From assembly GCA_000165425.1 (NCBI GenBank), contig CT868563.1:310001-374000 (forward strand): a DNA stretch of 64,000 nucleotides. Reading direction: 5' to 3'. Of this stretch, positions 13,955-28,392 are shown in pieces. Both the position numbers and the translations under genes were made by a program. The notes beneath the pieces are model-generated. The model was not told where the DNA came from. It ran no database searches and worked only from the letters and a program-made list of their open reading frames with translations. Position 1 is the first letter of the stretch. Each line of letters starts with the position of its first letter. Origin of the DNA: Paramecium tetraurelia. Its lineage: Eukaryota.

Positions 13955-14711
13955 ATGAATAGCATAGCAAAAACAGAAGAAGATTCTCCAAAGAAACCTA
14001 TCTGGGAATCTTTGATAGAGAGAGTATTCTAATTTATAAATCTAGGGATCATGCAAGAAGGAAGAAATCCAAAGAAAAATAGAGGAGAAGAAGGCCAAGG
14101 ATAAAGAATTAGACCCTTAATGTACTTTTAAGCCTTTCCTAATCAATCAAGCTTGTTAATTATAAATATCATATTTTAGAACTTTAAATTAATAAGCCTT
14201 TTCATGAGAGGCAATAAAAATGGTTAGAAGACAGGAAACTAAAGATTAATGAAAAAAGAGAGGGTGTTAAAGATAAGAGTCTAGAAAAGTGCTCGTTTCA
14301 ACCCCAATTAGGACCATAACCTTAAATACCTGAAGTAGACATTAGAAACACCAAGGGAATGGATTCCTTCATCTAGAGACAGGAAAAAGCAAGAAAATTA
14401 AGATAAGAAAAAGATTTGTTATTAAATAATCCATATTCTCACTTAAGTTCAGAAAAGAAAGCTGTTTTGACAGTATTTATTTTATTAATATCAACTAGAA
14501 CCAATCATATTATAGTAGCAATCACCCTATTTCAAAAGAATATGAATCTATAAGAAAAGCAGAAAGAATAGAATTTTCAAAAGCTTTAGAGACGTCACAA
14601 GAAATTGAAACTTAATCATAAACTTAATAATAACAAAAAATGTAGTTGGGAATGGCTATGAAAATGCTACACAACCAATTATATAATATTCAATTTAACA
14701 GTGAATTTTGA
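13955..14711 (+). CDS. Hypothetical protein with C-[TS]-F-x-P motifs and coiled-coil segments
   Basis: MNSIAKTEEDSPKKPIWESLIER..., LDPQCTFKP, LEKCSFQPQ. Several tiny introns. TGA at 14709-14711. Confidence 0.7.
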
Positions 14712-14775
14712 TATGTTTATACTTAGATTATTAGAAAATAATAATAATAATTATTATATTTACTGTGATGATATT

Positions 14776-15562
14776 TCAATATGTCTTTTTGATTCTCTCT
14801 GCATTTTTCGGAGAATCATAGATTGTAGGCGGTCTACGCATTTCATGTTAGAAGTGATTGTATTCAAAGGTTCTATTTGATCTTCTAGTGTAAGCTAATT
14901 CCATTAAGAAATCGAACATATCGTCCTATAATAGTGAATGTTTAGTACTGTGCATGCATATGCAGCTTCATAATACATGGCATAGCAAGGATATACTTTG
15001 GCTCTTTTCAAGTAATCTGCTTCTGTCTTATCCATTTTAAAGTGTTCAGCCTAGTCACAATCAAACCATTTCTAAAATCTTAGAGCACACAATGTAAAAT
15101 AATCTTATTATGATTAATAAGTAGGATAGGGAACATACACTTTCTACTTGGGAGGTAATCCAACTTAAAAGCAATTTGTTCTACCAGTAGGTGTTGTGCC
15201 TCTGAATGGAAATAGACAATCTTCCAATGCCCCTATAAACTTTGAGATGAATGTTTTACATCCTTCGAATAATATTGTATAGACATCATCAGGCTCCATT
15301 AATGAATATTTGTTAGCTGTAGTATCAAAATAGAAGCACTATTTATGAAATTGAGAGTACTTTTGTATACAATCTGAACCAATCTTTCAATTATTCCTTT
15401 TCCCAAACAGCATCAGTTCTCAATATAAAATCCTTTTCGTAATCTTTCCAGTTGATTCCTGTAAGAATACCATAGCAAACTACCTTTGTGAGAGAAATCA
15501 TAATTTGGAGGCATTTTGTGGAAGTCTTTGGGCAGTGACTCTAATAAAGATTGTGTAGCCAT
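14776..15562 (-). CDS. COX6B: Cytochrome c oxidase subunit 6B, extended ciliate form
   Basis: After removing four short introns: WKDYEKDFILRTDAVWEK...EGWALEDC...TPTGRTN...QDYFTLCALRFQKWFDCD...YPCYAMYYEAAYACTDDMFDFLMELAYTRR. Has twin Cys spacing (C-x9-C, C-x10-C) and matches my recollection of the Tetrahymena complex IV COX6B subunit. Confidence 0.8.
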
Positions 15563-15753
15563 TTTATGTCGATATTTTAATTATTTATATAAAAATGTAT
15601 TGTAATAGATTTAAATTATATTTCTATAAATAGACTCTTTGAGTCCTTAGTAGAACTAGTGATTGAAATCTTATATGCATTCCTATTCTAAACGAAAATT
15701 AAAGATATTGCAATATTAAATAAATTGTAAAATTATAATTAATAAATATTTAC

Positions 15754-17042
15754 ATGGATCCTGAAGATGATTAAGACATAATTGATTCTATTGTTAATGG
15801 TATAATGGTTAGTAATTGTTAAAGCTCTGGAAAGTGACGAAGAAAGGTCGTTTTCTCCTTCCCAAACAAGATCAGATTCAAATAGAACTTATTCTCCATA
15901 AATCAAGAGATTGACATAACCCTAGTATTCAATAAATAATAAATAGATATTCGATTAAAAAAATTTAGAGTCCTATTATTGGCTTTAAATTAGATTGTTG
16001 GACAATTTAACCATTCAGTCTTGATGATGACTCATATTTGGATGGAGATTTAGTATATAATAATTGTAATATAGATCCTCAAATGTAAGGATTAAACCAA
16101 TAGCAGAAAAATATAAGGTTTGTTTGAAAAAGGAAGTGATGAACAAAGAGAATTTATATTTTAAAAATTATTACCCGGGATTGTAACACTTGCAAATGAT
16201 ATCTTCGGAAACTATGTTGTTTAAAGAATCTTGGAGTAAGGTAATCAACAATAGAGGGAGTTGATTTTTGAACACCTCTCACAGTAAATACTGGTTTTAA
16301 GTTACAATACATATGGATGCAGAGTGGCTCAGAAATTGTTGGAGATATCATACAACACTCAGAAGTTTGACTAGATTTTCAAATTAATATCAATGCAAGT
16401 CAGGAATTTGGTTATTGATACTAATGGTAATCATGTGATTTAGAAAATTGCTGAATTGGTTAAATCCCAAAGGAGTGACTGGCTTATTGATGGTGTTTTG
16501 GGGTAGATTCAGAAATTATCTAATGACTCTCATGGATGCAGATTAATCTAACAGATATTGGAAGTATCTTCTGCATCATAAGTAATCATATAGATTAACA
16601 AAGTTGAATGACATTTATATGGAATTATTATCCATTTAGGAGGAATTATGCTTATCATAATATGGGAATTATATCATTTAGATATTGTTATAGAGGGGGC
16701 CGACTGATCTGATTTATAAAATTTAAAATGCAATTATTAAGAATTTGGAGAAGTTGAGTTGTGATAAGTTTGGAAGGTATTCAATCATAGTTAAATAGTA
16801 ATGTGGTTGATAAAAGTGTAAATATTTCAGTTTATATGAGAAAATAAATCTTGAAGGTATTCATGCATAACATGAATATCTTTTATAGATTATCTAATAA
16901 TTGTTATGGTAATTATGTAATATAGAATTTCTGTAAATAACTTGAATATAATTAATTAATAAAATTATCATATGATTCAAGTTAATTTAATACTCAATTT
17001 GGTTAACATGTCTATTAAGCCTTATAAAAATTGAAAAATTGA
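15754..17042 (+). CDS. Pumilio/PUF RNA-binding protein (8 repeats)
   Basis: Repeats NSRKIQ, GNYVVQ, GCRVAQ, GNHVIQ, GCRLIQ, GNYIIQ, GSNVVD, GNYVIQ. Several 20-25-nt introns. Confidence 0.92.
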
Positions 17043-17175
17043 ATTGATTATTAAGATAATATTTAAAATTCAAAATGAAGATTAATATAAATTTTGGATT
17101 TTAAATATTATTTTGTATATATTGTAAATATAAAATCTTGATATAAATAATATTTATATTATCTAAATTTTTACG

Positions 17176-17974
17176 ATGGGCCGAGATATTGAGAAGGTGA
17201 AGGAATAGCATGTATATCATTTGATCTTGACTGTAGGCTTCTTCAAGCAAGACGAACAAGAAGGAGAAAAAGGAGAAGAAGGAAAAACATAAAAAAAAGG
17301 AGAAGAAATAGAAAAAAGAGGGCAAAAAACAAAAATAATAAAAGAAAAATTAATGGGGAAGGTATGGCACAATAAGGTTATATAATATCATTATTAAAGC
17401 ATTACAGACATGTATTTAAAACGTGAGGAGTTTTTGATGTGGCTCTCCGAAGTGAAGATGCTTAATATAGAAGCGATCACTCCTTAAGAAGAAAAAAAGT
17501 TTTTTGAAGAATATGTTGAATGTTATAACACTGCAACATTTCCATCAAAAAAGTTTTACAATTTCAAAGTGTGGTTTGAGAAGGAACAACTCAAGGGTCA
17601 TTTGCAACAAGCAGAAATTGAAATGCTCACTTTCGATGATGAAAAGGAAAAACAGTATTCTTATTATTTTTTAAATTTTTAATAGAAAGGAACAACAAGA
17701 GTAGAAGGAATTGATTAAAAAGCAAAAATTATAAAGAGAATATTAACATCTTCACGAATTTTAGAATATTGTAATAAATTGGTTATTTATTAAGGCACAA
17801 GACATGCAAAAATAGAAACAACTTTAAGAACTCTTGAGACATCATTTTCAGATGGGTAATCATGAGGCTGCTATCAAAATTCAAAAGTAACTCAATCCTA
17901 TTCATACTATTGACATGAATCAAATCTAATAATAACCTCCAATTGACTATGACTATGATTATGAAAATTTCTGA
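17176..17974 (+). CDS. Lys-rich conserved eukaryotic protein (possibly SCI1-related family)
   Basis: KEKKEKKEKHKKK tract, then WGRYGTI...KREEFLMWLSEVK...FFEEYVECYNTATFPSKKFYN. Family assignment is from recollection of the motif. Confidence 0.65.
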
Positions 17975-18087
17975 TCCTATAACATGAATATTAACAACAA
18001 AATATTCAATTTATAAAATATATGTTAAAGAGTATAATAAAATTAAAATGTTTAGCTGTTAATTTATATAAATAATTTGAATATCAA

Positions 18088-19951
18088 ATGGCAAAAATAA
18101 TAGATAATTACATATTAATAGAAGGAATAGGACAAGGAACATTTGGCGAAATACACAAAGGCAGAAATTTGATATCTAAAGAAGCTGTGGCTGTGAAAAC
18201 AATTAAGTTGGACAGATTTTTAAATGATTCAATATTGAAGGATATGATAATTAACGAAATCTAAGCATTGAAAAAATTAGAGGATTAACATATCGTACGA
18301 ATGATCAAAATGCTAAAATCAGCGAACAACATTTATTTAGTTTATGAACACTTAAATGGGGGATCGTTAGCAAATTATTTATACGAAAAAGGTCGTCTAA
18401 CAGAATAAGAGGGAAGATAAATTATGTCCAATGTATTTAAGTAATCTTTTATCCTTAATATCTAGAGGATTCAAGACCTTAAATCATGAAAAAATCATTC
18501 ATAGAAATATCAATCCAAACAACCTATTTTTTAATGATGGGGTAATCAAAATTAAAAATTTCTTTTGTTGCAAGTCCCCTGCAAGTTAGAAATTATTCGA
18601 TCCTGGTATTTCAAATATCTTATATCTAGAAAACTTCATATACTCTGCCCCTGAAATCCTATTAAAGACACAATAACCATAATATGAAGACAAATGCGAT
18701 ATATTCTCTTTGGGATTGGTGTTTTATAAGATGTTTTTTGGATAATTGCCTTTCCCAGAAAATCTAACTTAGGATCAACTAATCGATTTGTATAAAAATT
18801 AATAATTCAATCCAATTGTTGAAGATTTATCTGAGAACACTGCCTATCTTTTAAATGGAATGCTATAAATTGATTAAGCAAGAAGAATAGAATGGCAAAC
18901 ATTGTTTCATGAAGATCAAGTACCTACTATGTCAGGCTTAGTAAATTCCACAAATACAAATTTCGCTTCTAATTATTAAATTAATTCTCAGGTATAACAA
19001 TTTGAGACTGGAGGATAAAACTTTTATATTTCTCAGCAATCTTTATAAAATCATATTACAACCAGTCCAAATGAATTAGTTAAAAGAAAAACTAATGTTT
19101 CTGATAAGGAAAATATCAAAGCTAACAAAGAAAATGATTCTGCATAAATCTTTGCTAAAACAACAGAAAAAGAACAAAGTATATCGTAATAATAATCCCA
19201 ACAATAAGTCTTATAAATTTAATAGACTAATAATAACAATAGTTCATAGCCTAGTGTTGTTAAATAAATTCAACATTAACTAAGCGAATTAAGACACAAG
19301 TTCAACATTATTATTTAAGGAACTTGTAAGATTGAATAATTAGAAAATTGGTCAGCTAAGATAAAAACTGAAATTTGCATGATATTCTTATTAAAAAAAG
19401 CAATTAAATGCATTAATGAAATGTTAGACATATGCTAGAATACTGATAGATAATGGGGAATTTCTAAAAATAGATCAGAAATAATCAAGATTTTATAAAA
19501 AGATTATGATGATTTGATTTCAAATTACAAACATGTTAAATAAATGGTATGATCTTAATGTATCAACTTTATAGAACACCTGTCCTCATGAAGAATTGAA
19601 TACTCACGAAATGATAGATGAACAATATGTGGACAATGTATTAATTATGATAGCAAAATAAATTGCTATGGATTTGGGATAAATTCGATCTAGCATGAGA
19701 AGTAATTCTTAAATTAAAAGCAGTGTAATTGTTATATTTTATGCAATTAGTCATTTAATTATGAATAAACTAGTTAGAGAAATGGTAGCTTTATTGAATC
19801 AAAATAAAGTACTTCAAACTAATACATATTTGCAATCTTTTTAATAGATTTAGTTAAAGGAATGAATTTTGAAGACTAAAAACCATATTTTAAAAAGTTG
19901 GAAGAATCAAAATTACCTGAGTTATTAGACTTCAAACTCAAATCTATTTGA
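18088..19951 (+). CDS. Protein kinase-fold protein (ULK/CAMK-like), probably catalytically inactive
   Basis: IGQGTFGEIH, EAVAVK, YLVYEHLNGGSL, IIHRNINPNNL (HRD->HRN), IKIKNF in place of DFG, YSAPE, CDIFSLG. Long C-terminal extension. Confidence 0.85.
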
Positions 19952-19989
19952 TTGTATTTTATAATAAACATAATAATAAAATTAATTTA

Positions 19990-21830
19990 ATGATCTAAAA
20001 AACTGAGTACTCAACTGATGATGCCAAAGAAAGGGAATATAGAATTTAAAGTAAGGCTGGTTTATATTAATCAAGGAATGGAAAAATAATTGATTGAAAA
20101 TTAATTTATCAAGCAAACATATCCCAAAAAATATGATTATACTCATTCAAAAAATAATTATTCAGTCCCGATAAATCAATTGGATTATAAGTCATTTTAT
20201 CAGTCCTACCTGCCTTTAGAATAATAATAATAGATGCGTTCTCAGAATTTATAATTTTCTTCAAATAAAACCTCCTCATTCAAGTTAAGTTATGATAACA
20301 ATGATAAGGATACAACTCCTAATAAAAAGCAATAATAATTATAATATAGAGACATTTTATAAAAATAAGTTGAAGAAAAGCAAAATTTATTAAAATAACA
20401 AAAGACAAAGCATGAATGCACTGATATCTTTACTAATAATTAATACAGCACTCCAAATAATAAAAAAAGCAGTTTAAGTAAGGCTGAATATTAGAATTAT
20501 TTATAATTGTAAATTTAAGAAAAATAAAGTAGTAATAAAATATTTATTACACCTATTAAAAATTAGTAAAAAGTAGAGGAATAGAATAAGGAAAAGGATA
20601 AGGATAAAGATAAAAATGCCAAAGAATCAACGGAATTTTAGATAATTCAAAAACAATTAAAATAATATTAGGAAGAAAAATAATAAAAAGATCGAAAGCT
20701 TTTACTGCAGTAGAAATTTGAAGAGTCGACCTCAATTTATGAGAAAAATAAGGATAAATCATTTTCTCCTGAGTATCATAATAAAAAGAAAAATTTAGTA
20801 CAAGAAGATGAAGATGAAAAAGCTAGAACTCAATAACAGAAAAGTGTTGTTTCAAAAATTCTTACAGAATAAATTTAGGAGAAATAAAAAAAAAGAGATG
20901 AAGAGAAGAAGCAATAAGAGACAGAAGATAAATTGGCCGAAGAGAGGTGGAAAAATGAGGTTTAAACGATGAAGGAGGAGAAAAAAAGGGAAGAAGAATT
21001 GAAAAAGGAATAACAAGGAAGTAATTGAATTATGCTTAATGAATTATTTAGAAATTTAATAGGAAAATATACGAATGCATTAAATGAAGCTTAAGCAACA
21101 ATAAGGGAGAAATAGAAGCAAATCAAATACATTATAATAATCAAAGATTGAGGAAGAATTTAAAGAAGAGTTGGAAATGATATAATAAGAAATAGAAGAA
21201 GAGTAATAATCAATTGAACAAATTGAATAATAGGAAGAAATATAGTTTTAGTAATAATAATAATAACAATAAGAATAATTAAATATTAAACCTAATCAAG
21301 TTTTAAGTTACGTTGATTAATACAATCTAGAATTAGATAAGATTAAGCAATAAATGATCTCATAATAATAATAATTGGAAAGACAAATTCATGCTGCTTT
21401 TAATTTGGCTTAAATAGGTTTATTAGAGGGAAAGAATAAAATTGAAAAAGAATTAATTTTGGAAAAAAATAAAAATAATAAACATTTTAATGAAGATTAT
21501 GCCATGGCTTTACTAAATAAAAATCAAAGTAAGTATGAATATGAATTACCCTTTCTGTTTAATTAAAAAATCTAGCAAGATTAAATATACAGAGATAATC
21601 TATTAGATAAGGTTCAATTAAACACCCAGTCTAAATTGATTCCTTTATCCACTTAGCATAACAAGAATATGTCAACTCATTTGGCAACTCCATAGTAACG
21701 ACAGATCTAAGCTCGATCGAAATCAATATCTCAACACTCAAAACAAAATTATCATTAATAATTAATAGACTTTAAAAAAAGTAAATAAAATGATGCTTTG
21801 AGCTAATTACTTTAAGAATATCATGAATGA
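19990..21830 (+). CDS. Gln/Glu/Lys-rich coiled-coil hypothetical protein
   Basis: Long code-6 reading frame with tiny introns and Q/E/K-rich composition. TGA at 21828-21830. Confidence 0.7.
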
Positions 21831-21919
21831 ATTCATAAATATCAACTAATATTAGCAATAAATTCTATGTAATCGTGTATTTTAATAAACTGATAACTCA
21901 TACAAGTGATATGATTCAA

Positions 21920-22761
21920 TCAAGACATGCAACATTAACTATCTTGTTCGCCTCCTTTTTTATTTTATGTTTATTATTGTGGTGAATTCTATTACAGCTT
22001 CATCCCTACTTTACTTTTTTGATTTCTAAAAATTATGAGACCAAATTCTTTACTAGTTTGGTTTCCCAACTCTTTGTATGATTTGCCTAGTAATTAAACT
22101 AAAGCAATTTTCAATGTTGATGTTAGTTTTAGCTGAAGTCTCGATATAAGAAATGCTGTATGATTTAGCTTGAATGATAAAATTGTATACCCAAAGCTTC
22201 TGCTTCATCTGTTGAGACTCTTCTTTAAGAACTATCTATTTTATTTCCAACTAATATTTTATTCACTGATTCCGCTGCAAATTTATCAATCTCTTGCATC
22301 CATTATCTAATTTAGTTGAATGATTCTCTATCTGTAACATCGAAGACTATAATGATTCCTTAAGCTCCTCTGAAATTTGATTGTATAAGTAAAATACCTA
22401 TAATAACTGCTTGTAATAGTTCTAAATCTATCCTAACCTGCGGTGTCCCACTAAAATATTAGAATTATGGATGTTTACTATTTACAATTTGACAGTAGAT
22501 TTATCAATTTAAAACACTTTAATTTTCTAATGAGATTTAAGCATAAATATTTACAAAATCAACTCCAATAGTATTATAAAAATGATTGGTAAATTAGTTT
22601 TCCTATATTTTTTAATTTTTAATTTGTTACGCTAAATCTCATTAACATGCATGATTTACCAACTCCACTATTCCCAATTAATAAGACCTTAAATAAGTAA
22701 TCGCTAATTATGTATTGAAGCATTACCATTCTGAACTTTGTTATACATAATAATCTGACAT
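21920..22761 (-). CDS. Rab GTPase, Rab1/Rab8-like
   Basis: [52 protein letters not shown], ETSAK, C-terminal CCMS prenylation site. About 7 tiny introns. Confidence 0.95.
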
Positions 22762-22826
22762 AGTTTATCAGAATATAAAAATTAGAATTTAAGATAATTA
22801 ATTATATATATATAGTATAATATGAA

Positions 22827-25800
22827 TCAAAGGACAATGTCATATTTCGACCTTGTAACCTTACGATTTTGAATTCTTAGTCTATTTAAAGGAGTACTCT
22901 CTTCATATTCAGCTAATTCAGCCATTTCATTTTCAAGTTAAGCTATTTTTATCTATTACAATTAATTTTAAAATGTATTTCTTCTAAGCACACTTCGTTT
23001 TAAAGTGATAGAGTCTTATTTTTATAGAGAATTCTTTCTCTTCTTCCCACTACTTTAATTACTAATCGTGTCTTTAAAGCTCATTCTGCATTCATCATCA
23101 TAAAGCATTCTGTTGATAATGTTCTATGGATCTGCAAACGATAATCTTAAATTTGAGACTTCATTATCTTCCTCTCCACTGCTACTACTGCTATAATTAT
23201 CTTCAATAAAGATTCCTAATCGTTTTATCTCATGACTCTTAATGACACTTTTTTCAATTACATTGATATCTACATCAAATCTTTTAATTCTATAGAACAA
23301 AATATACAATAAACCTTTAATATTTAATATAATGTTACCTTCAAACTTTATATACAATGGTAAAGTTCTTCTTTATTTAGCATTTAACTATTTAATCTAA
23401 TAATTATTTGAATTTGGAGATATGAACTCTGCAATTCTAGCTAAAGCTTCTATAAACTCAATAAATTGCATTTCAAAGTGTCTCTTTTAGGTGATTTCAT
23501 CTACTTACATCATGATTGATTGTAAATAAATAAAGTAGAGTTATTATTCATTTATTAAGTTAGGGTAAAAATCAGAATTTTGAAGCAATACCTTTAAATC
23601 TTAAAAGGAAATAAATTTCTCCTTAGCATATGGCTTATTTGAAAAGTTTGATGTATATGAAAATAGTTATTTTAGAAATGGCAATTTTAATCTAATTGTC
23701 ATATCCATAATTTAGGTCCAATATCTTTCATCTCTCCATTATTGAGCACATCCATAATCCAAAATAAACCCAAATTATCCTGTTTAGGCTTGCATCATCT
23801 TCTCAAATCCTTAAGCTATGCTTGAACAATTTCCTTATTTCACATAGGTTTTCCTTTGCTAATCTTATCAATAACTCTAAAAATTGATGTCTAACTAATG
23901 CTCTTTCTTAAATAAATTAAGATTTAAAGTCTTTGATAACTATAGTACTAATTAAACAGATTTCCCAGTCTACTTATTTAATGAGTTGATTATTTTTAGA
24001 TTAATAATAAAAACCTTAGATTGTTTAGATATTTAATCTTGGAAAATCAGTTTCGCATTGCTAGGAGGCTAAATATTTATAACATGAAATGATGTATTTA
24101 TAATACTTCTTTAATTATTCCTAAAATAAATAAACTGAATATACTTTCAAAGGGATAATTTCATTATGGTTGATTAGATGTCTAATTATTTTACTGTTTT
24201 CTAAATCTGCTTCCAAGCATTATTCTAAATGCACTTCTGTATCTTCATCGAAATCCTTGAAAATTGAGTTATCTAAAGTCCATTTTCTCTTTTTAGCCAA
24301 TTCTACATCAAATTCAACGATTTTCTCTTATTCTCTTGGCTTACATTGAATATTGGCTAAATAATGTTTCTTTTTATCAAAAATTGGAGCTGACTATTAT
24401 GTTTGAATCATATTGACAGTATGTAAAGGTTAGCTTTATAATACTTTGCCATTAGAATATTCCATTTATACTCCAAAATTTCTCAATTGAGAATGAGTCT
24501 ACGTTTAAATAGTCTTTTGATCTTTAGCATAAACTTAGACATTTTGTACTGGATTGCTGAAAAAATATCTGATTGTTTGATTGGGTGGACACATTCTGTA
24601 AAGATTAAAGTTGCCATCAGAGGTTTTTTACATAAGTGATGGTTAATAATCTTCAAATTCAAGATGGATGAATATTGGATCTTGTTCTAAGAGTCCTGAT
24701 TTATGTGGTTTCCATTGAAAAAGCACTTCAATCCATCCTTAACAAATCCAGCAATTCTCCAACTATAAATTGACTATATCTACACTCTATATTCGAATGA
24801 ATTCATTCTTTTTCTTTTGAGTTTGTTATTCTATCTATTACATTTGTATTTCAAGCTGTTTTTTATCTTATTCTTCTATATTGATATCATCTTATTGTGA
24901 TTCAGTCACTATTTTTTTATTTTTTTATTCTTTGAGATATCCTTTATGATTTATTTGATAATTCGAATTGCCTTCAAAATGAAATCCATAAATTATTTTA
25001 TTGAACTCTAATTCATTTGCTATTTTTTAAGAATCATTATCTTTGAAATCATTGTGTGATAAATCCAAATGGATCAATTCAGGATGTGGTCTGGCAATCA
25101 AATTACATATTTCATTAGTGCAATCCTTATTGCCTCCTAACTTATTAAATGAAATATCCAAGACTTTCAACACAGCATTTTTGCTTAATCCTTTGAATAA
25201 GAATATGCCTCCTTTAAATGTTATTTTATTATAATGCAAATATAATTCCTAAATGATATTATTCTATTATTATTTATATTGAATACTTTTTTCATCATTT
25301 TCCCAAATGGCTCCATAACTTGATCTTAAATTTAATTATGAGATAAATTAAGGATTCTCAGACATTTGTTATTTTACAATGAATCAATCAAGTGCTTTAG
25401 GCCTTAGTCTCCAATTTGATTGTTTTCCAAGTTAAGCTCAATGACAAATTAGTGTTGTCTAATTAGCAACTTCTATAAGAATAAGCATCCATTTTTAGAA
25501 ATTTTATTATTTTTTAAATCCAAACTTTAAACGGACTTTGGTAATTGATCCAAGATAGTTTCCAAATCATCATTATTAAGATTGTTTGAATTCAAACTCA
25601 GTCTCTCTAATTGATTGAATGTTGATGATCCTAGTCCTGCAGCAAACATCTTGATGTATTAAGGACTACTCAATTGACCAGCTACACTTATATCTTTTTT
25701 ATTGTGGTTGTCTATAATTTGCATTTTTCTTGGCATACATTATTGTTATTCCATAGCTTTATTCAAATTTACATAAATGTTGTTTGGAGTTTCGTTGAAT

Positions 25801-26273
25801 GATTGTATGTCCATACACTTTTTTGAATGCTTATAAAATCTGTAATAATCTTGAGAATTTGGAGCGTTGACTATTTCTTATCCTAGTTTCTAATAATCAA
25901 TTGATTGACTTTTTTACAAGGATTATGTGGAGGGGAATGATATGACTGAGTAGTTTTCTTTAAAGAGTTTCTTTTTTATAATCTGTTCTCTTGAGATTTC
26001 TTACACTAAATGGTACCTGGAATTCAAGGGAGGTAGTTTGTTTTCTGATAAAATAGGTTTGGAGGGGAAGAAATGTTTAGTTTGTTATTGATTGGTTAAG
26101 GTAGTGTCTTTCAGTTAAATACTTAATGGTGTGTTTGAATCAGATGTTTAAAATTCTGTTAGATCAAAAAATAGATGGTCGTCATTCTATTTCAGATTCC
26201 TAATATCCTGCTCTTTTTTGGTGTTGAGGGAGGATTTAGTGTTAATAGATGTTCCTGAAATATTTAATTTCAT
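22827..26273 (-). CDS. Large RNI-like leucine-rich repeat protein
   Basis: LKVLDISFNKLG, LIHLDLSHNDF, LERLSLNSNNL, LKSLDLKNNKI, IELNLEN repeats (~25000-25620). TGA at 22827-22829. Confidence 0.85.
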
Positions 26274-26356
26274 TTTTATTAAAAAAGTAGTTAATTTAAC
26301 AAATAATTATTTTATTAAAGTATAATAAATAATTTATTTTAAATTCTTCCTCCAAA

Positions 26357-27448
26357 ATGAATTAAAATAAAGAGAATGAATATGTCTCAGATGTCCAAGG
26401 TTATTTCACCAACAAATGCATGACATCAACAAGGAGTACTTCACTACATGAGGAGAATACAATGAAGTTTAGTCGAAGCAATAATTTATTTGAATAAAAA
26501 CAACAAGAAAATGAAAAAGTATAACTATTTACTAGTAAAATCAGGAATTAAAAAGGAAATGGTCTGATATTGCTAAGGATTGGTAGAGGAATAAAAGGGA
26601 TGTGAAAGTATTCCAATTAGCTGAGTTTGGTATCCCAATAAGTGCCAGAAAATAAATTTGGCCTCTCATTGTTGGCAATAAGCTATAAATTACAAAAGAA
26701 CTTTATAATATTTTACAAACTCAAAGTAAGACTTTTAAATTTGATTAACGAAAGCCTTTGGGAAGAATGTCTTCATTCAATCACATCAAATAAGACTTAG
26801 GAAGAACCTTCAAAAATGAAAGTATGCACATATTATTCAATATCTTTGTAAGGTCTACAAAAAATATTTCATCCAGGAGGTCCCCTCAGTGAGAATTTAT
26901 AATCCATTCTTGAAGTGTTTTGCCTATATCGACCTGATATTGGTTATGTATAGGGTATGACTTATGTGGGATCAATCCTCCTAACATACTTTGATGACTA
27001 TTAGGCATTTGTAATTTTTAGTAGTTTGATAACGCATCCTCAATTGATATCCATATTCATGCTTGATGAATAGAATCTCTAAATCATATTTCAATAATTT
27101 GAAAAACTCATTAAACTCAACATTCCCCAAGTTCATAAACTATTTAAATAATATAATATCAATTGTACTAATTATTTGCTCGATTGGATCTTGACTCTCT
27201 TTGCAAAGCCTTTAAACCCCGATATTGTAGGCAGAATTTGGGACAGAATGCTCTTTAATGGCACACACATTCTATGGAAATGTGGAATTGCTATATTGAA
27301 GATATTATATCCAAAATTCAAGGATTAGGAGAAGACATTATAGAGTTTAAAAAATCCTGATATCAAAGATGATGAATTGTTGTAAGAGATGAAGAGTATA
27401 AATTATCCCTTTGAAGTTTAAGAGGTTTTAGGTAATATTGAATTATGA
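26357..27448 (+). CDS. TBC-domain Rab GTPase-activating protein
   Basis: GIPISARKQIWPLIVG, IKQDLGRTF (Arg finger), RPDIGYVQGM (Gln finger), WILTLFAKPL, VGRIWD. Confidence 0.92.
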
Positions 27449-27486
27449 TATACTTCATATGGATATAATTATTCTCTTGGTGATAT

Positions 27487-28392
27487 TCACATTTGATCAA
27501 ATAGTTTATATAACTCTGCCCATCCTATTCTTTTGTCTTGATCATATTCTAACATTGAGTTTATAATGAACTATGTTTTTTAAGAGGTTGTGTTGCCATG
27601 ATGAGTGATTTCTCTTTATAAAGTTTATTGTACTTTTATTTTTTGTTTCATACAAATAGATTTAATGATTCTAATCTGAGAAAGGTAATTCTCCATAAAT
27701 CATCAAGTAGAACAAACATCCCAAACTAAAGATATCAGCTGTATTTTAGTATTATTTAGATTGAACAACCTCTGGAGCCATGTAACCAAGCATGCCAATA
27801 GTCAAGGTCATAGGATTCTCGTTGTTATACTAAATGCATAAATTTACGTTTAGACTTACTGAACCCTAGATCGCCTAACTTGATTTAATCATTATGCAAA
27901 AGGATATTCTTCATCTTGATATCTCGATGCATCACACTATATTTCTGTAGATCTTGTATTCCTCTGAGTATTTGTTTCACATACACAATGGCTTATTCTT
28001 CGCTAAAATGTTTATTTTGATCCAACCACGGTTTCTCAATGTCACCCTCTACAATAAGTGATTTATCATTACGGTTACAATACTCCATTACAATGTACGA
28101 GTATTTATTTTATTGGAAATCCTCGATGAATCTAACAACGTAGTTACTATTAACTAGTTTCATGTTCTATTTTTCTGTTTCATGCAGTTAACCAACCAAT
28201 CCTCCGTGATTCTTGAAAGTTGACATCGCAACAGCCTTGATTGCTACATTCTCATAAGTTTAGATATTAACAGCCTTTAATAAATGGCAGATGTACATGA
28301 TAGACTTTGCAATATCCCCCTGATCCAATTAGCTTCACTATTTCGTAGTGTTTTAATCTCTTACCAGGGATGTGCAATTGCTTTTATTACAT
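27487..28392 (-). CDS. Ser/Thr protein kinase
   Basis: LIGSGDIAKVY, VAIK, HRDIKMKNILL, IKLGDLGF, GYMAPE, ADIFSLG. Catalytic residues intact. Confidence 0.9.
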
